Positions 9,403 through 18,790 of a DNA stretch of 64,000 nucleotides are shown in pieces. Made by a program: the position numbers and the translations under genes. This DNA is from an uncultured Thermotogae bacterium (GTDB taxonomy: Bacteria > Bipolaricaulota > Bipolaricaulia > UBA7950 > UBA9294). Each line of letters opens with the position of its first letter. The stretch's first letter is position 1. The notes beneath the pieces are model-generated. The model searched no databases. It was not told where the DNA came from and worked only from the letters and a program-made list of their open reading frames with translations. The stretch is from contig CAZKAB010000002.1 in the NCBI GenBank assembly GCA_964550615.1, forward strand, positions 15,731-79,730, written 5' to 3'.

Positions 9403-10182
9403 ATGCATACGTTCCATGTGCCGAGTTGCAATGCGTATCTTCGCTATCATGACCTCCCGGGAAGCGGGCCGGCTGTCGTCTTCCTGCACGGGCTTGGATC
9501 GGCTTCCTCATCATGTTTTCCGCTTGTCGTTAGGCACGGGCATCTTGCCGATCGCCGCACTCTACTCATCGACTTTCTCGGATTCGGATTTAGCGACCGC
9601 CCGCACAGCTTCGGATATACGGTGGAGGAGCACGCGGAGACGATTGCCCTTCTCCTAGACTATCTGAAAGTCGAACGGGCCGTCGTTATTGGGCACAGCA
9701 TGGGAGGTTCAATTGCCATCAATCTCGCTGCCAGGCGGCTTGAGTTGGTCGCCAATCTCGTCATTGCGGAGGCGAATCTCGATCCTGGGGCGGGCAAAGT
9801 CAGCGGTCCGATTGCGGCGCAGACCGAGGCGTCATTTATCAGGAGCGGCAAACGGGCGTTCTTGCGAGGGGTGATTTCAGAGGGATGGTTGGATTATGCC
9901 GGGACTGTGCAAGCGGCGGACGCGATCGCCATGCACCGAAGCGCCGTCTCCCTCATCGCACGCAGGTCGCCTACGTTCCGTGAGCAGCTTGTGAGCATTT
10001 CGATACCGCGTACGTTCATTTTCGGTGAGAAGAACCTTCCCGATCCGGATACGAAATGGTTGTCGGAGCACGGCGTGAACGTAGCTGTCGTTGCTGGTGC
10101 CGGGCACGACATGATGACCGACAACCCGATGGGCCTGGCAGAGATCATCGAGGCGGCGCTCCCGCCTGCGAGGCACTGTTGA
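9403..10182 (+). CDS. Alpha/beta-fold hydrolase
   Basis: HGLGSASS oxyanion region and GHSMGG nucleophile elbow. AAGGAG RBS. Immediately follows the ABC-2 permease, likely in the same operon. Confidence 0.8.
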   Translation: MHTFHVPSCNAYLRYHDLPGSGPAVVFLHGLGSASSSCFPLVVRHGHLADRRTLLIDFLGFGFSDRPHSFGYTVEEHAETIALLLDYLKVERAVVIGHSMGGSIAINLAARRLELVANLVIAEANLDPGAGKVSGPIAAQTEASFIRSGKRAFLRGVISEGWLDYAGTVQAADAIAMHRSAVSLIARRSPTFREQLVSISIPRTFIFGEKNLPDPDTKWLSEHGVNVAVVAGAGHDMMTDNPMGLAEIIEAALPPARHC

Positions 10183-10204
10183 TTTACGTGCGTCCTCGCA
10201 TCGA

Positions 10205-11026
10205 TCAGGCCTTTCCGCGACGCCGTTTGGGTGAAATAGCGATTGCAGCGAGGAATATGGCACTTGCGGCGATTGCGATCGATGATCCGATGGGTAAGTC
10301 AGCCCCGAGCGACAGGATGAACCCCGATAGCGCCGCCAGCGCGCCGAAGAGAGGCGCAACCAAGAAGACCTTCTTGATGTCGTAGAGAAGCTGGTAGGCA
10401 GCCGATGCAGGCAGGATCATGAGCGTGTAGATTAATAGTCCCCCCGTTATTTGAAGCGACACAGAGACAACTGTGGCGGTAAGAAAGAGGATCATGTAGT
10501 AGTACATGCGTGCGTTGATTCCTGATGCGGCGGCGAGCTTACGATCGAGAAGTATTGCCAGGAACTCTTTTCCGAATGTGGCAATGACGCCGAGCAGAAT
10601 TGCGGCGAGAACGGCAAGCTTGAGAACATCGCTCATGGTTATTCCAAGCACGCTCCCCCAGAGTAGTGACAGCGCTCCGCTTCCGATTCCCGCGCTCGGT
10701 GCCATGCTGAGGAAGATCAATCCGAGTGCCATCATCAGCGGAAATATCGCGCCGATGATGGTATCTGCGTTCATGCGCGATACCTCCGAGAGAGGACCGA
10801 GGATCGTCGCGGCGAGTAGGGCGAACAAAAGAGCCATCCACAGTGGGTCGACGGCAGAGAGAAGGAGGCCGAGCGCCGCACCGGCGAACGCGGCGTGCGA
10901 CATGGCAAACCCTAATGAGGAGAGATTCAACCGTACGACGAACACGCCCATGGTGCTACACATCATGCCGGCGAGGAGGCTTCCGAGCAGAGTCGGAAGG
11001 ACGATGGTGAACGGAATGCCGAACAT
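10205..11026 (-). CDS. Metal ABC transporter permease (ABC-3, ZnuB/MntB/TroCD family)
   Basis: ABC-3 permease similarity with 8 predicted TM helices. Confidence 0.8.
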   Translation of the reverse strand: MFGIPFTIVLPTLLGSLLAGMMCSTMGVFVVRLNLSSLGFAMSHAAFAGAALGLLLSAVDPLWMALLFALLAATILGPLSEVSRMNADTIIGAIFPLMMALGLIFLSMAPSAGIGSGALSLLWGSVLGITMSDVLKLAVLAAILLGVIATFGKEFLAILLDRKLAAASGINARMYYYMILFLTATVVSVSLQITGGLLIYTLMILPASAAYQLLYDIKKVFLVAPLFGALAALSGFILSLGADLPIGSSIAIAASAIFLAAIAISPKRRRGKA

Positions 11027-11730
11027 CAGAGCGTTCGCGCGCCTGTCACAGCAGTTTCGACGATTCTTCCACCTTCAAGCGTAACGATGCGATCGGCAGA
11101 ATCGAGAAGCGGCCCCGATTCATGGCTGACAAACAGCGTGGAAAGGGACAATTCCGCATGGATGCGCAGTATCAGGTGAGAGATATCGCTCTTGGCGTCC
11201 GGGTCGAGGTTCGCCATCGGTTCATCGAGGAGAAGGATTTGCGGATGGCGGGCGATCACGCGTGCCAGAAGCACCTTCCGCTGTTGGCCGCCGGATAGAC
11301 GCCCGATCGGGCGACGTGACAGGCCATCAATGCCTACAGAAGCCATCGCCTGTGAGATCGCGGCGCGATCGTCCCTTCTCGGGAGGCGAAACGGCCCCAG
11401 TTGCGCAAATCGCCCCATGAGGACGACATCCCGTGCCAGGAACGGTGTAACCGGATCGAAGGCTAGGTCTTGGGGTAGATACGCGATTTGCTGTCGCAGC
11501 CGGTGGCTGCCCGAGGTGACTATCTCGCCAAGTACGCGCCTCCTCCCGCTCGTGATCGGGAGGAGGCCGTTGATGACTTCAAGCAGGGTGGTCTTCCCCG
11601 CTCCGTTCGGCCCTACGATCGCCGCTATTTCACCGTGTTCGATCGTGAGGTTGATTTCATGCAGCGCGGGAAGCGACTCTCCCTCGTAGACGGCGGAGAC
11701 ATTCGTCAGTTCTATCGATCGATCTTCCAC
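11026..11730 (-). CDS. Metal ABC transporter ATP-binding protein (ZnuC/TroB-like)
   Basis: Walker A GPNGAGKTT, signature LSGGQQRK and Walker B LLLDEP. Start refined to the GTG at 11730 with a GGGAGGA RBS. The Arg-rich 60-aa ORF-track extension is rejected. Confidence 0.8.
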   Translation of the reverse strand: MEDRSIELTNVSAVYEGESLPALHEINLTIEHGEIAAIVGPNGAGKTTLLEVINGLLPITSGRRRVLGEIVTSGSHRLRQQIAYLPQDLAFDPVTPFLARDVVLMGRFAQLGPFRLPRRDDRAAISQAMASVGIDGLSRRPIGRLSGGQQRKVLLARVIARHPQILLLDEPMANLDPDAKSDISHLILRIHAELSLSTLFVSHESGPLLDSADRIVTLEGGRIVETAVTGARTL

Positions 11731-12146
11731 GTGAACAGATCCTCCCGCGGCCGTGTCGCGGTGCGCCGGCTTTCCTCTTTGATCTCTCCCCTTTTGAAAT
11801 CGGCCAACGCCTCGGGTCTGAGGACGATTGTCAGGCGTTTGCCCCCGTTCGTCTCGAAGTGCGCCTGCGGCTTGCACTCGCTGGTCACGACGAGATTTCC
11901 CTTTCCGGCGGTACAACCGCTACCGATCTGAAGTCCGTCGGTCAAACAGGAGAGTGGCGTTTCATCGCCGGTGTCGGAAACGACATGAATCCCAAAGTAT
12001 CCTGGGCTATCAAGCAGTTCGAGAGCGAGGAGGCCCATGCGGATCCCGGCGACCAGGAACGGTCCGAGATGTCCGTGCAGATGAACTCCGCGGTCGATCA
12101 ACTGGTCGAGGTTGATGCTCTTTGGGTCGATCTTCAATGTCTCCAC
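11712..12146 (-). CDS. FwdE-domain protein (formylmethanofuran dehydrogenase subunit E-like, predicted Zn/metal binding)
   Basis: FwdE motif (…HLGPFLVAGIRMG… …LQIGSGCTAGKGNL…). GTG start at 12146 with AAGGAG RBS. Embedded between the substrate-binding and ATPase genes of the metal ABC operon. Confidence 0.65.
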   Translation of the reverse strand: METLKIDPKSINLDQLIDRGVHLHGHLGPFLVAGIRMGLLALELLDSPGYFGIHVVSDTGDETPLSCLTDGLQIGSGCTAGKGNLVVTSECKPQAHFETNGGKRLTIVLRPEALADFKRGEIKEESRRTATRPREDLFTWKIDR

Positions 12147-12156
12147 TTGCAACTCC

Positions 12157-12972
12157 TTATTCCACCGGCGCAATTGCCGAAAACAGGCTGTCGGCGTTTC
12201 GCTTGAACAGATCGAGAACGGTCGCCGTATTCGGCAGTGCGCCGGGAAAATTAGAGAGAACCACGTGCACCGCGTCCACCTCACGAGCGAGCTTTGCTCC
12301 AAAGTCGATGCCGCTCTGCAGGTTGTCGATCACAAGCTGTACGCCTTGTTCTTTGCCGGTCTTGGCGAGCGCGACAAGGTCCTTCAGCGATAGGCTTTCG
12401 GGGATGCCGTAGGTGGCTACGACGTCGAAACCTAGCCAGGAGACGAACGAGACCTGCCACTGCATGCAGAGTACGCGCACATCATCGACCGAGAGTGCGG
12501 CGGCTTTGTCCTTGAGATCTGCCGCGAGTGATCTGAGCTTCTGTTCGTATGCGCTCGAGTTGGCTTTGAATGTCTCCGCATCGTTCGGCAGCAACTCGGC
12601 AAGTGCCGCCTCGATGGCGTTCACTTTGTCGATTGCGGCTTCGGGCGTGCTCCAATCTCCCGCGAGTTGGATCGTCATCACTGGGTGACCTACCGATGAG
12701 ACAAGGGTATTCATCCACGCCTCGAATCCGGAGTAGAGAATGAGTGATGCCTGCGATACGGCGGCGATGTCGCTCGGCCTCAGATCGTAGTGAGATGGGC
12801 AAAAGCCGGACGGAATGATCGTTACAACGTCGACGAAGTCTCCCCCCACTGCCTGCACGAATTCTCCCAGCACGGCATGAGTGGCGACGACAACGGGCTT
12901 GGCAGTTGCGCCGAAAGCGGCTGCCGACATAAACAGGAATAAGACTGTAAACGCGACTAGACGTTTCATCAA
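12157..12972 (-). CDS. Metal ABC transporter substrate-binding protein (cluster A-I, ZnuA/TroA family)
   Basis: Signal peptide plus TroA-like fold similarity. Conserved His/Cys-containing motif (PSGFCPSHYD). Confidence 0.8.
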   Translation of the reverse strand: MMKRLVAFTVLFLFMSAAAFGATAKPVVVATHAVLGEFVQAVGGDFVDVVTIIPSGFCPSHYDLRPSDIAAVSQASLILYSGFEAWMNTLVSSVGHPVMTIQLAGDWSTPEAAIDKVNAIEAALAELLPNDAETFKANSSAYEQKLRSLAADLKDKAAALSVDDVRVLCMQWQVSFVSWLGFDVVATYGIPESLSLKDLVALAKTGKEQGVQLVIDNLQSGIDFGAKLAREVDAVHVVLSNFPGALPNTATVLDLFKRNADSLFSAIAPVE

Positions 12973-12989
12973 GTACTCCTTTTGGATGA

Positions 12990-13406
12990 TCAGATAATCT
13001 TCTTTCCGGTCGAGGTGGCGGCAAGCTCTCCATGTTTGACACCTCGCAGGCTCTTTAGACGATCGGCAAGGGCCTCGATTGTACCGCCGCTGCCCCTTAC
13101 GGCGATGAACTCAAGGCAGTTCTGCGCGTCGAGATGGATGTGAGTTGTAGAAATAACGCTTGGAATCGCATGGTGCTGAATCTCGGTGAGTTCCTCGGAC
13201 AGGCCGGGCCGATGATGGTCGTAGAGTAGAGTGATCACGCCGGCCACCTCTTCCCCATCTTCCCACTCGCGACTGATCAATTGCCGACGGATAGCGTCAC
13301 GGATCGCCTCGGAGCGATTGGTATACCCACGCGAGGTGATAAGCCGGTCGAATAGATCGAGGAGTTCGCTCTCGATTGACACGCTGAATCGGGTGATATC
13401 GCTCAT
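12990..13406 (-). CDS. nikR: Nickel-responsive regulator NikR (ribbon-helix-helix plus C-terminal metal-binding ACT-like domain)
   Basis: N-terminal RHH (RFSVSIESELLDLFD…) and C-terminal HHH…C nickel-site residues. GGGAG RBS before the ATG at 13406. Confidence 0.8.
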   Translation of the reverse strand: MSDITRFSVSIESELLDLFDRLITSRGYTNRSEAIRDAIRRQLISREWEDGEEVAGVITLLYDHHRPGLSEELTEIQHHAIPSVISTTHIHLDAQNCLEFIAVRGSGGTIEALADRLKSLRGVKHGELAATSTGKKII

Positions 13407-13432
13407 CAGTAACACTCCCATGAAAATCGTAA

Positions 13433-13462
13433 TACGAAAGATAAGGCATCGCCTCTTTCATA
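13433..13462. promoter_or_regulatory. Candidate NikR operator: imperfect palindrome TACGAAAGA-N12-TCTTTCATA in the nikR / 13605 divergent intergenic region
   Basis: Inverted repeat read directly from the sequence. NikR proteins bind dyad-symmetric operators with long spacers. The position suits autoregulation and/or control of the divergent gene. Confidence 0.3.
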
Positions 13463-13604
13463 TCAAGCTTCTCACAATTGACGGCGGAGAATGTAGGGTG
13501 TATGGTGGGATGCATCTGGTGAAGAAGGCTCTGCACGGGGGACAGTTGTCGATGCCTATCGAACAACGTGAGTCAAGGAGGTGTTTGACATGGGCAGCAA
13601 CTCG

Positions 13605-14636
13605 ATGTGGCCGATCCTTCTCACCGTGGCGGTCGTCGGGCTAGTGATTCTGCTTTTGGCCGAGGCGCCGTCGCCGGCACAGGAAGCGTTGTCGGTCGAA
13701 CCGACCGTACAGAAGGTCGCGGTGCGAGATGTGGTGGCGGCTCAACGGACAGCGCCGCTCATTGTAGATGCAGGTTCCAACCTGACGCTGGACGAACGGG
13801 AAAGCGTGCGTCTGCGCGGTGCGCTTGGTAGCACCGGGAATGGCGCCGTTTCGTATCACTGGATAGCCGCCGGTGGCAGAGGGTACTTCAACAGCGCCTA
13901 TCTACAGGATCCTGTCTACACAGCGCCGTCGATCTGCGGGTGCGAGGAGTGCGTCTTGTTGACGCTTGTCGTGACGGATGCCAGCGGGATGAGCGCGAGC
14001 GACCAGATATACGTGCGTGTCCGCGGTGATGCGCTTGCCTGTCTCTCCTCCAATGCTGCGGTCGGCTGCGGACAAACCGCGTCTCCATGTCCTCCTTGCC
14101 AAAGCACTCCGTGCCAAGAACCGCCGAAGGTTGATCGATGCCAGCCACAGCCGCTCCCGTGCGAGTCCCCCTGCATCCGCCACATATCCCCCGAGCCGGC
14201 CTGCAGTCGTACCCCGGTTCCATGCTGCGATTCTCCTTGCGGATGGTCGTTTGGGTTTCCCTGGACGATTGACGATACGAGTGTGCCTGCGGCCGATCAC
14301 CCGAGTCCGCTCATCGACAGACATTATCCGACGTCGATCGATGAAGGAGGAACGGCGAGGATTATCGGCAAGGTGAATAATCCCGCATGCACATCGGTAT
14401 GCTTCCAATGGACGGCGAGCAAGGGCTGGTTTGAGGATGAGAACACACTCACGCCTGTGTACCATGCTCCGTCTTCGGATCGTCTCGGCGGCGAGCAGGT
14501 GACAATCACTCTCACCATTCATGACGGGTTTGGAGGACGGTCGTTCGATCAGATCCGCATGTATATCAGCAACTTGGACTACCGCGGGGCATCGTCTGCC
14601 AGCACATCCAACAATTGGTTGTTGGGCACACATTAG
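13605..14636 (+). CDS. Hypothetical secreted/anchored protein: N-terminal TM/signal, two PKD-like repeats flanking a Cys/Pro-rich linker
   Basis: Hydrophobic N-terminus (WPILLTVAVVGLVILLLA). Two internal repeats sharing …SY/FxW…G.F…P.Y.APS…v.LTL.v.D..G.S.SDQI.V.V. The linker is CPPCQSTPCQEPP…PCCDSPC. Confidence 0.45.
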   Translation: MWPILLTVAVVGLVILLLAEAPSPAQEALSVEPTVQKVAVRDVVAAQRTAPLIVDAGSNLTLDERESVRLRGALGSTGNGAVSYHWIAAGGRGYFNSAYLQDPVYTAPSICGCEECVLLTLVVTDASGMSASDQIYVRVRGDALACLSSNAAVGCGQTASPCPPCQSTPCQEPPKVDRCQPQPLPCESPCIRHISPEPACSRTPVPCCDSPCGWSFGFPWTIDDTSVPAADHPSPLIDRHYPTSIDEGGTARIIGKVNNPACTSVCFQWTASKGWFEDENTLTPVYHAPSSDRLGGEQVTITLTIHDGFGGRSFDQIRMYISNLDYRGASSASTSNNWLLGTH

Positions 14637-14810
14637 CGTGGCCTGATGCTGCTGGTTGGAGGTAAGGGGGGTTCCTGACGGGCGGAGAAGGAGCATAGCC
14701 ACGCGGTGACGAAGGCTGATCACGATTCGTTTAGCTGGACGATGAGGCTCGAAAGAGGCTTCATTGCTATAGTTGTTTCCTCATGACGCGGGCTTGATCT
14801 GCAGGAACCG

Positions 14811-16238
14811 TTGCCGCATAGTCCTGTTGTGGATAACGTTGAATTCGCAAGACTTCCGAGCATTCTTGATATCCTGAAGCCTGCTGTCGGGCCGAGTTCG
14901 TCGCACACCCTAGGACCGATGCGCGCAGCTAGAGAGTTCCTCCACATCCTGCAGAAACGCACCGGGCCACAACCGGCGGGAAGGATCGCCGTAACGCTGT
15001 GCGGAAGTCTTGCTTACACCGGGCGGGGTCACTTGACGAACCTGGCTGTCGTCGCCGGGCTTGCCGGCTATGAACCTGAGGGACTTATCAGCCGGTCGAT
15101 CCGCGACATCTACGATCTAGTCTGCGCAACCGGCACGATTACGACAAGCTCGAACTGGTACGTGTTTCATCCTGAGGACGATGTCTCGTTTGACACCGAG
15201 ACAACGTCTTTGCCTCACCCGAACACTCTTCGGTTTGCGCTCCTCGATCTACGTGGGCAAACGCTCCTTTCAGCTGTGTACATCTCGATCGGTGGAGGCC
15301 AAGTCGTCGATGCGGCCACCTATGAGGCGATGACAGTCGGCATAGATGTTCGTCATGTATCCGGACGCGAGATCATCGCGCGGTGCACGCAGAGTGAGAA
15401 GGAACTGCCGGCATACGTTCTCGACATGGAGCAGGCACACCATGGCCACTCCAAAGCCAAGGTGATGTCTCATATCGGGAGAATGTGGGAGCGAATGCGT
15501 CGGTCGATCGACGATGGTGTCCGGCATGAGGGCACTCTCCCGGGATCATTGCGCGTGGCGCGCCGTGCAGCGGAGATGATGGCGCTCTTCCGATCAAAGG
15601 AAGCCAAACGCGGGATCGTCTCTTCTGAGGTCTTCCGCGCGTCCATCTATGCGATAGCGGTGGCCGAGGAGAACGCAGACGGAGGAAACATCGTGACCGC
15701 CCCGACGTGCGGGGCGGCGGGGGTGCTTCCGGCGTGTCTGCTTGTTGCACAAGAGGCGCTTGCTCTCACCGATCAACGGGTTCACGAGGCGCTACTAGTC
15801 GCCGGCCTGATCGGCTCACTTGCCGTCTCTGAGGCGTCGATCGCCGGCGCGCTCGTGGGATGCCAAGGTGAGATAGGCGTCGCGAGCGCGATGGCCGCCG
15901 CTGCCGTCTGCTATCTTCTTGGCGGAAGCGTCGCCGATCAGATCGATCGCGCCGCGGAGACAGCGCTCGAGCACTACCTCGGGCTCACCTGCGATCCTGT
16001 AGCAGGACTGGTGCAGATCCCGTGCATAGAGAGAAACGCAGCCGGCGCCGTGTCGGCCCTCAACGCTGCGAGCATGGCGATGATCTCCGGCGGCAGGGAT
16101 CGCGTTAGCTTTGACGCCACGCTGAAAGCGATGCGCCAAACCGGACTCGATATGCCGAGTCGCTATAAAGAAACCTCTCTCGGCGGGCTCGCCGCGATCA
16201 TCGATCTCGACGAACCCCCGGCTGCAGATGGGGCGTAG
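14811..16238 (+). CDS. sdaA: L-serine ammonia-lyase (iron-sulfur-dependent L-serine dehydratase, single-chain)
   Basis: Hallmark GPSSSHTLGPM motif plus both alpha and beta regions. Start uncertain: TTG at 14811 or GTG at 14829. Confidence 0.85.
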   Translation: MPHSPVVDNVEFARLPSILDILKPAVGPSSSHTLGPMRAAREFLHILQKRTGPQPAGRIAVTLCGSLAYTGRGHLTNLAVVAGLAGYEPEGLISRSIRDIYDLVCATGTITTSSNWYVFHPEDDVSFDTETTSLPHPNTLRFALLDLRGQTLLSAVYISIGGGQVVDAATYEAMTVGIDVRHVSGREIIARCTQSEKELPAYVLDMEQAHHGHSKAKVMSHIGRMWERMRRSIDDGVRHEGTLPGSLRVARRAAEMMALFRSKEAKRGIVSSEVFRASIYAIAVAEENADGGNIVTAPTCGAAGVLPACLLVAQEALALTDQRVHEALLVAGLIGSLAVSEASIAGALVGCQGEIGVASAMAAAAVCYLLGGSVADQIDRAAETALEHYLGLTCDPVAGLVQIPCIERNAAGAVSALNAASMAMISGGRDRVSFDATLKAMRQTGLDMPSRYKETSLGGLAAIIDLDEPPAADGA

Positions 16239-16307
16239 CCACAGTCCGGCACTTCAGTATCCTCCAATCCGTTGCGTACAACCTACGCAGGGGTGTTTAG
16301 ATTACTC

Positions 16308-17189
16308 CTATCGCCAATCCGGTTGCACGTCGACTGCTTCGTCATTCGTAAGCTGTGCCAAATTGGTTCCATCGGCGTTCATTATCCACAGATCGAGATG
16401 TCCGGCACGATCGGACTGGAATACAATACGATCTCCTGCAGGCGACCAAGCGGGCGCGGTGTCCTGGCCTGGATGGTCCGTCAGCCTGATGATGTCGGAG
16501 CCATCCGAATCTGCAACATAGATGTCGAGGCTTCCACCTCGATCGGAGACGAACGCGATCCTGGAGCCGTCAGGAGACCAGCGGGGATTGAAATCAGATG
16601 CATTGTGAGACGTGAGGCGGGTGAGATCGGATCCGTCGAGCTTCATCACATAAAGATTGTAGTTCCCGTCTCGATTGGACACGAACATGATCCGGTCACC
16701 TGCCGGAGCCCACTGGGCGTTGAAGTCGGCTGTGGGCGGCCGATCCAAGTACTCCACCAGATTGGTGCCGTCTAGGTCCATCCCCCAGAGGTCGGGCGTA
16801 TCCTTGGGCTCATCGTCGTGATCGGAGTTGAAGATCAGACGTACACCGTCCGGAGACCAATTGGGCACAGCGCTGCTGAAATCGGTGAACTGACGCAGCC
16901 CCTTTCCATCCGCGCCGACCAAGTAGATGTACCACACACCCGTGTCTATCGATGAGAACGCGATTGACGCTCCGTCGGGAGAGATGGATGGATACATCGC
17001 CTGACCGAAACTCCTTGTCAATTGTGTCTTGCCCGTGCCGTCCGGGCTCATCTTCCACAGATTCAGCCGCCCGTCTCCGGCGCGACTCGAAGCCCATACG
17101 ATGACTCCGTCGTCTTCGCCCAGTGCACCCACCTGGACGAACAGACCGACAAGACTCAGCAGGATGGCACACACGGTTAGCCTGTACAT
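16308..17189 (-). CDS. TolB-like periplasmic beta-propeller protein (PD40/WD40-like repeats)
   Basis: Signal peptide followed by repeated …SPDG.RIAF.S.R.G..DIY… PD40 repeats. Confidence 0.75.
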   Translation of the reverse strand: MYRLTVCAILLSLVGLFVQVGALGEDDGVIVWASSRAGDGRLNLWKMSPDGTGKTQLTRSFGQAMYPSISPDGASIAFSSIDTGVWYIYLVGADGKGLRQFTDFSSAVPNWSPDGVRLIFNSDHDDEPKDTPDLWGMDLDGTNLVEYLDRPPTADFNAQWAPAGDRIMFVSNRDGNYNLYVMKLDGSDLTRLTSHNASDFNPRWSPDGSRIAFVSDRGGSLDIYVADSDGSDIIRLTDHPGQDTAPAWSPAGDRIVFQSDRAGHLDLWIMNADGTNLAQLTNDEAVDVQPDWR

Positions 17190-17477
17190 AACGATTACCT
17201 CCTTCGGTACGCGAACCTCGGCCGATCAGCCGCACATGGCGCAACCGTCGCATTCTCATCGTAGTCTCTTTTTGAGGAGATGTGAATCTCTGCTAGATAC
17301 TGGTCGGCGCCGAACAGAAGATCTGATTATGAAGGCACGAAACCGATCCACAATGACACATTCGGCAGACTGCGGCTGTCGGAGAGTGGTCGTCTGGGTG
17401 ACTCTTTCTATGGCGAGGATACCCACACATCCCGGATTAGCCGATCTCCCCTTTGTTAGGGGGTCATTCCGCTCGTG

Positions 17478-18266
17478 CTATGGCGTCATCAATGCGATAA
17501 GGTCGGGAAGGTGTGACCGCAGCGTTGCATCGTCCCATCCTTGATCGACGCGACGCATAATGAATCGACGTACGTTTGGGTCCGGGTCTGGTCGATATGT
17601 GTAGGACATCGAAAGGAAAGGATCAGTTGCCGCCACAACGGTCTGTTCGGCGACCCAGTCGATTGTGCCCCGGATCGTGTCATTATCGATCAGCGATCCC
17701 GCGAGCGCGTAGATCAGCCTGTGGACTACGTATGTGTCACCACTCACAATACCGACGGCGACTACTGGTACCGTCAATCCAGGATGGCCGTCTCCGTCTT
17801 GATCGACAAGCCGACTGTCGTGCGGGTTTGTGGGAAGCGGGTCATTCTCGGGATCATCCAGCACTGCCCCGCGGACCTCGATGTACCGCTCCTGGATGAA
17901 TCGCCATCCGTTCTCCGTTTCTTCCAACCGTCCCTTATGCGGCGGCCCGTTAAGCGACGCGACGAACGCGTCCGGCACGACGGTGTGCACCACCGGCGGA
18001 TCCATTATCACATCGATGTATGCGTAGGTATAGTTCATTGTCAGCTGCAGTCCGTCCTGCGCGATATCGACAAGCAATGCGGATATCGTTGTCAGCTCAA
18101 CTTGGTTGAAGAACGGCAGTTCTGCGATTGCAGGCATGATCTCGATAAGAGCCCAACGCCCGCAAAGGTTGGGCATGTCGGCGGATAACGCCGCGATGGG
18201 AGCAAGGAGAACGATTGCGAAGAAGAGAGAGATGGCGCAACGCGAGAAAGACGATGTAATTTTCAC
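17478..18266 (-). CDS. Hypothetical secreted protein (signal peptide; DxDGDG Ca-binding-like motif)
   Basis: N-terminal signal (FFAIVLLAPIAALSA) and a DQDGDGHPG motif. No family recognised. Its start overlaps the upstream membrane-protein gene by 4 nt (operon). Confidence 0.4.
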   Translation of the reverse strand: MKITSSFSRCAISLFFAIVLLAPIAALSADMPNLCGRWALIEIMPAIAELPFFNQVELTTISALLVDIAQDGLQLTMNYTYAYIDVIMDPPVVHTVVPDAFVASLNGPPHKGRLEETENGWRFIQERYIEVRGAVLDDPENDPLPTNPHDSRLVDQDGDGHPGLTVPVVAVGIVSGDTYVVHRLIYALAGSLIDNDTIRGTIDWVAEQTVVAATDPFLSMSYTYRPDPDPNVRRFIMRRVDQGWDDATLRSHLPDLIALMTP

Positions 18267-18718
18267 CAGGCGCTCCTTTGATCGACAGACGTCAAGTACG
18301 GGCGTATTGGCTCGACCGTCCGCGCATACAGATGGATACGGGCGTCAGGGAGCGAAGGAAATGTGAGGACAATGCCGCCAAACGCTCCTTGAAACGGCTC
18401 GCTTTGAATCTCACCCCATGGGATGAACATCGGCCTGTGAAAGGGGCGGAAGATGCCGATGAGTGCAAGATAGAGGCCCATGTCGGTCGCACCCAGGACA
18501 AGCGCACCGTTGTAGTTCACCGTTCCGATCCGTGCTGATTTGAAGCGGGATGTATCGCCCGTGAACATGGTTATGTCCCCGTATTGCTGGGCGAGTTGCC
18601 TCCATCCGCTGGCGAATCCCAGGACCCACAGTACGAAACACCAGATCAAAACGAAGAAGGCGGCGAATCCAACGGTAGAAAGAATCCAGATCTCGCTTGC
18701 CGGAATGACCCTCATCAT
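18263..18718 (-). CDS. Membrane protein with two N-terminal TM helices plus ~100-aa soluble domain (bacterial PH-domain / YdbS-like architecture)
   Basis: Hydrophobic hairpin IWILSTVGFAAFFVLIWCFVLWVLGF followed by a beta-rich domain. The architecture matches bPH_2 (DUF304); assignment is by topology only. Confidence 0.35.
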   Translation of the reverse strand: MMRVIPASEIWILSTVGFAAFFVLIWCFVLWVLGFASGWRQLAQQYGDITMFTGDTSRFKSARIGTVNYNGALVLGATDMGLYLALIGIFRPFHRPMFIPWGEIQSEPFQGAFGGIVLTFPSLPDARIHLYARTVEPIRPYLTSVDQRSAW

Positions 18719-18790
18719 TGCACCATCCTCTTGCCGAAATATATCCCGCTATCACGGTAGGTGACAAGCGAAGGCAAGAGGGAGGACTCA

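Noticed and set aside
11731-11916. 60-aa N-terminal extension of the metal ABC ATPase, and similar extensions on xseA (30664-31140), thrC (44403-44570), the M42 peptidase (36258-36401), tldD (55724-55780) and pckA (59568-59678)
   Set aside because: The extensions are highly basic or low-complexity, lack RBSs, and overlap neighbouring genes. Internal ATG or GTG codons with good Shine-Dalgarno motifs coincide with homologue N-termini.
13902-14723. Large antisense ORFs: 273 aa at 13902-14723(-), 270 aa at 42230-43042(-), 257 aa at 59734-60507(-), 283 aa at 30326-31177(-), and 215 aa at 50380-51027(-)
   Set aside because: They are Arg/Pro/Ala-rich, low-complexity translations lying antisense to well-supported genes in GC-rich DNA. 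They are typical spurious ORFs and show no family similarity.
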